From: Craspedostauros australis
Taxonomy: Eukaryota
Direction of reading: 5' to 3'
Assembly: GCA_030167865.1 (NCBI GenBank)
Contig: JALAGF010006300.1
Location: 1-37,059, forward strand
Length of the DNA: 37,059 nt
Below are positions 31,652 through 37,059 of this stretch, piece by piece. A program made the translations under genes and the position numbers. The notes beneath the pieces were generated by a model, which did not search any database, was not told the origin of the DNA, and saw only the letters and a list, made by a program, of their open reading frames with translations. How positions within the stretch are numbered: position 1 is the stretch's first letter; each line of letters opens with the position of its first letter.

Positions 31652-34247
31652 CCCTAGTTGCAGTTCAACTAAGAACGGACTACTTTCTCATTTGGGGTGT
31701 CCTGTATCGTCGCTTGAAATAGCCTTTTGGCGCGAAATTGAGCAAGCCCGACAATGGCCAGACACTTCCTTTGCCCCCCCCTCTTTTAAAGTTACGAACC
31801 ATTCCTGGTTCCCATGCTACGGTCCGTCTATCCAATCAACGCATGTGGGAACTATATGCTCCTTCGATCCTGTCAGATGGGCTTCACTTGGATTCCCTTT
31901 TACTGCTACGACATCCGCTGACTATGTTGGCTCTGTCGTCAACAATCCAAGTTGCTTCAACCACAGCAATGGAATCCTAACGCAAGTCCATACCGCCGAC
32001 ACCTGCTGCATTGTTCCTACAACTTCAACAGCTGCTGAAGCCACAAGACCTTTTGCATGATGTCATCAGTAATCAAGAGGAGAAGAACTGATGGAAAGTA
32101 AGGCCTCTTCTCAGCACTGAACCATGAGGGTCAGTGCAGAGCCGTGCCAACCTGTTAAGCATCGTTTCTTCATCCTGCCTACAACAATACTAACTCATAA
32201 AATCCCACAAGTTCAGATTAGTACAACATTACTACTCTATTCATCGTTACAAGTCCTAATAGCCAACAGCGTTCAAGCCCAGCGAACTGCGTCAATCGGT
32301 CTTCATCTGAAGCTGGCAGTCCACAAGGCCTTCTCCGGTTCGTCTGCAAAGGCACACGGATTTCAACTCCCTCAAAGACCCAGACCCCCAAAATTGGTTA
32401 CATTTGGTTACAGTTGACTACGGATGTTGGACCCATTTTTCCCAAACTCAGACTTCGTTTTATAGACACTCGATCCAACATCTCTTCATATCTACATTAA
32501 CTTAAGAGACAGGGCTATCCAGGCAAGTGATAGCATTCTAACACTGTCACTTGTCGAGATGTACATGTGAGTATATGTCAAGATGTACGTGTATATGTGA
32601 ATCGGTCACCCATTTTTTCTTATCCATGTTCGGACGGTACAACTACATTCGTGTAGATAGTATGCTGTGATTTGTCAAAATCAGTGGAAATGGAACACAC
32701 GAAAATGAGCAGAATTTCTGGAGGAAATTTGCAATCAACGATTTCTGAGAGAATTAGAAGATCGTCCGTCCATCCATCAATGGAAACGTATGGTATCGAG
32801 CAAAGCTCGATGTACCTCCCAACTAGACCCCAGATGACAATATCATCTGACAGACCATCGCATCATGGATGGAACGTGACATCTGGAGAGCAGAAGGACG
32901 ACAGCTGACATCAACAGGATGTCATCATGTCACCACGTCAACATCTGTCTCCATGTCAGAAGCAGAAGGTGAAGATTTGATGACCGAAGGGCATTGAGAT
33001 CATGGATACAGGAGGTGAAGTTCAAATGGTAAGTACTCACAGAGTAGGAACCAGCAATGAACAAACAGAGTGTTGAATGTGGAGCACGCATCGAACACAG
33101 AATATTGTGTAACACGCACATGCAACATTGGAGAGAGAGAGAGAGAATACAAAGAGTGGCGAGAGAGCATCTCGCGTATCGACTCATAGTCGGAGATTGA
33201 ATCTACGAAACAGATAAACGCGCCAAGAGCATCAGGCAAGAGAACGGACACTGAGAGGATCGGAGTACCAACGTAATGAAATAGCAAACAGAACGACTAT
33301 CAACCAACACCGTCTTCCACGATCATAGGCTTCCAATCACGGAACTTGCCAACACACCTGGCCCTCTTTTTCACCCTCAATACAACCTCATATGCCACAT
33401 CATGGATCCCGATTCCAGTTGGATTTTCGTGTGCTGGTAGGACATGATCCGGAAGGGAAGGCCTTGCTACCCGTCAGATTCAATGAAGCTGATGATGCAG
33501 TTTGCGAGGGTGAACCGTCTGGGTGATAGTTGTAAATGACAATGAGTAGAGTAGTGTTGCTGTGCTGGTCTTGAGTTGTGCTATTGGTTCTTTTGAATAG
33601 TCTGCATTGTGAGTTGATCAGTTTGAGATGAAGGATGAAGAAACGCTGTTCAGTTTGATGGTGCGGCTCTAATACTGACCCTCAGAGGTTCAGTGCTAAG
33701 GACGGACGAGGCTCCTCTCTCTCTCACTCTCATTCTCCACTATCTGTGGTAGTTGTTCTATGCTCAAGTACAAAGCCTTGACATCTTGATTGAGGTTGTA
33801 ATTGAGAACACAGGTTGTCAGGTGATAGGAATTGCAGCTGAATTCCCTGCTCATGTTGAAGCAGGGCGGATCTCCTTATTGTTATCGTGTGGAGTTGGTA
33901 GTTGACATAGCTGGCAATGGAATCGAGATTGGCTGTGGCACAAGGATTCAGAGGAGCATATAGTCCCCGGTGTACATTGAGTCCAGCGAATCAAGTGGTT
34001 TTGAGTCAGCAATGATTGGCGAATGAGAGTGGGAGAATGAGGGAAAGGAGTGATTGTTCCGTATTTGTTGGCGGATGGTTTCGCGCCAAAATTGACGCGC
34101 CAAAAACAATTTTACGGTGCGACATGGGATACACTAAGTGGAAAGTAGTCTGTTCTTGAGATGAACTTCAACTAGTGTTTGTTCCTAAGTGAACTTCATG
34201 ACGTAGTCTGTCCCTTCCTGAATTCCGACTATTTAAACAAACTAGGG
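31652..34247. mobile_element. Putative degenerate non-autonomous DNA transposon or foldback element with ~0.7-0.8-kb inverted arms (31652-~32368 and ~33417-34247)
   Basis: Ordered reverse-complement matches: 31671-87/34141-57, 31725-37/34079-91, 31851-63/33952-64, 32113-35/33674-97, 32163-76/33632-45, 32324-33/33457-66. Termini CCCTAGTT...AACTAGGG. No transposase ORF or TSD seen. Confidence 0.55.
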
Positions 34248-37059
34248 CAAAAGGAGAAGCCAGAGAATCTCCAAAATTTCTCCGAACCGCTTCTCTTTTT
34301 GTTGTCGCGAAGATCGAACATCAACAACACCAACAATACCAACACCACCACGAGAAGATTACAACGGAGGACATCGAGGAACCGAGAGGCACACTGCTGG
34401 TGTTTGCAGCAACAAAAACTACGACAACAGCTGCACAATTAAACAGAAGCATGGCGGCAGGGACACTGCTCGTAACAGTACTCCCATGAACAACCACGTT
34501 GACCAGAATGTCTTATTCGTGCATCTATCGATGGTTGATTGGTTTGTCAACCGGTTGGCTGGCTCCTCAAGCAGCATGCACACTGCCAAGCTTCCAGAAG
34601 AATGACCTTCCTCTGGCTGGTTGTCTGCACAATACATCGGATTGGGAGCTGAGATAATAACCATCATACGGAACATAACAGCAGCGACCGAATCTTGAGA
34701 GGTGTTCGTCAGGCTCATCCAGAGTGATGGGGTTGTCATCTCTCTCTCCCTCTCCATCTCCATCTTTTCCTCTGGAGAATCTTTGGAGCGGATGCGTGGG
34801 CGACTCATGTGACAGCAATGGCCTATCATCTTGGCTGTGCTGCTTCGAACAGATGGCAGCGGCTGGTTTCTTCGCGAAGGCCGTGGCAATAAATCCCATG
34901 CACGGGCAATCTTGACACCACGTTTCATGCAGATGGCTTCGAGTTCCGGTTGAGCCGTTGAATGGGATCAACTGGATCCGCAAGTGACGTTCGCCAAGTG
35001 AAAAGATCTCATTTGCTTGGTTCGCAGGCCAGAAGCGACATCCAGGATGGCAGCATTTCGATCATTGGAGGCACCTGGTTCTCCTTTGGACGCGGTTTTC
35101 CATTCGAAATTACTCTGCGTACCACACTAGCACAAAACCCATCAGTCCAACCAGCTGTCTTCGTCCACCCACACAGTTCTGTTGTGTGCCAGCGTGTGCC
35201 ATAAATTCGAATTGAAAATGTGAGGAGATTTATGCCACGGGGAATGAGCGACTTCATTGGATCTTCCCTCATAACGGAACACTTTTGCTCTCACATCCTT
35301 CAGATTTATGATTCCTAGTCGACTCCACTGAGTTATCAACGCGCATTGGGCCGAAATGAGAAATCTCCAGTCGCGCTGAACGCTGTGTGCATTTTCTCTT
35401 TCCCACATCGATAAAGATACGACATCAACAACACCTCACCGGAGGCAGTAGCGAGATCGTGATGGCACCCAAAGATCGGGTGTCAACGACTGAGAGAGTT
35501 GCACAATCGCAAGAGAGAAGAAGATCGACAGCAGCAGCACCACCACTACCAATACCGGCAAGGATTACACTGGAGCAGCACGTACGAGGTATGGCATCTG
35601 GAGCAACATCGATAGCAGCAACATCGACAGCAGCAACGACAACAGCTGAAGCAACGACAACAGCAATGAAGACCGCGGCGATGATCATGCTTTCTTCGTG
35701 CAACTCTCGCGATGTTGCTCGCGAGATCGCACTGCACATCAAAGAGATCGATTTGGACAATCAAATCAGCTCATAAAACCGAAAGTGGATCAAGAACAAT
35801 CCGCTCATCGCAGAAGCACACGCACGCACACAGCATACAAACAAACACAAAACAAGCACAACCGTTCTACCAACACCATGAAGTTCCACCTCGTCTCTGC
35901 CGTCGCAACCGGCCTGCTCTGGGCATGCCCGAGCTCCGCCTTTCAACCCGCGAAACCATTCATCGCCCGTGCCACGGCTCCGCGCCAGCTCAACATCGGT
36001 CCTTTGATGGATAGCGCCGAAAAGGAGCTCGAGGAGCTGGCGAAGGGTAACATCGGGGCTGTCGCCACTGATGACAGTGAAGAGACCTCTGGGCTCACAC
36101 CTGATCAGGCGAAGGTCATCTCCGGATTGGTCCAAGACCTCGACACCTTCATGGGCGAGGGAACGGGAGACGCAGCGGCCGACAAGCAAAAGCAAGCGTT
36201 GGTGGGGAAGCTGGTCGCCGAGCTGGCCGCCAAAGACTACACCGACAACAACGAGGATCCTGACTTGGAGAAGAGGATGAAGTCCTTGTTCTTGAAGATC
36301 ATGGAGTACCGATCGATCAGCGCCCTCAATACCGAGAAAGCTGGAACTAAATCCTCGTCAACGAAGGCAACAGTATTGTCCAACCTCATTGAGCTGGTAA
36401 TCAAAAATCAGATCAAAAACAAACTTCCCTTGGGGTACGCTACATACCCAGTGCATGCAGAGGTACGAACGCTCGGAAGACCGCGCACGCATGCTCAGCA
36501 CTGTCGCCAACCATGGCGAGCAATTGCTTTCACGAACTCACATACTCTCTCTCTCTCTCTCTCTTCACTTCAACACACCTGTACCACATTCTATCATTTA
36601 ATGCAATGCCATCTCAATCCTTCTGCCCCATGCGTGTCATTGCACTGCGCTACACCACACCACATCGAACACAGTATCCTGACGTTGAGCTCTCGGGATT
36701 GATGAAGATGGTCAATGGCATGCCGGGAACTGATTACTGGTTCTCTTTCAAGAAGTTCGTGAGAGTGCTTGCGCGAGCTTTGCGAGGACAGGCCGGCCTT
36801 GCTACGAACCCGCTTACAGCTAGCGATACCTCCACGGTGGACAACTACCAGCGAATCTTCAAGAACAAGGACACAGGCATGGATAATGAGTTTCTCCCAC
36901 CCCCAAGGCAAGCCATCGGCTCCTGGACGAAGGATGAAGAGTTCGCCCGCCAGTTCTTGAACGGCGTCAACCCCATCATGATCGAAGTCGTGAAGGACAG
37001 CACCAAGCTCACGCCCCAGCTGACCGACTTCTTCGCTTCGGAGCCGGATGTCGACGTCG
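34245..37059 (+). repeat. Segmental duplication copy B (upstream region plus 5' part of LOX-E)
   Basis: Collinear with 12436-15262. Confidence 0.93.
35878..37059 (+). CDS. LOX: Lipoxygenase LOX-E, 5' part only (exon 1 35878-36462, exon 2 36675->37059); recent paralogue of LOX-C
   Basis: Exon 1 is near-identical to LOX-C for ~130 codons. GT-AG intron 36463-36674. Exon 2 YPDVELSG...FARQFLNGVNPIMIEVV stays open to the window end. Confidence 0.92.

Noticed and set aside
32368..33417. Transposase remnant in the spacer between the inverted arms
   Set aside because: No ORF above ~95 aa and no recognisable DDE or zinc-finger motif; needs BLASTX.
31500..34240. Possible diatom-type low-GC centromere
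   Set aside because: GC looks only moderately lower by eye and the inverted-repeat structure explains the region better; CENH3 ChIP would be needed to support it.
34419..34928. Minus-strand ORF shared by both duplicated upstream regions (12604-13117)
   Set aside because: Frameshifted by a (GA)n length change in copy A; similarity reflects recent DNA duplication, and no domain is recognisable.

Overview
Eukaryotic genomic DNA, most likely a diatom or related ochrophyte (GT-AG introns; signal peptide + 'SA|F' bipartite plastid-targeting presequences). The window is dominated by an array of five co-oriented lipoxygenase (LOX) paralogues: three complete 4-exon genes (2538-5645, 14082-17089, 18707-21712) and two cut by the window edges (<1-625, 35878->37059). 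They share phase-0 intron positions, Fe-ligand motifs and several conserved non-coding motifs. Interspersed are four long uninterrupted ORFs: a 1609-aa membrane-anchored protein with two DUF229/alkaline-phosphatase-superfamily domains, a membrane-anchored SAM methyltransferase, a UBE2Q-type ubiquitin-conjugating enzyme and a STAND-type P-loop ATPase-TPR protein (containing a 50-N assembly gap flanked by a 79-bp overlap). A segmental duplication links the LOX-C and LOX-E units, and its breakpoint abuts a ~2.6-kb element bounded by long degenerate inverted repeats. All family assignments come from reading motifs by eye; no searches were run.
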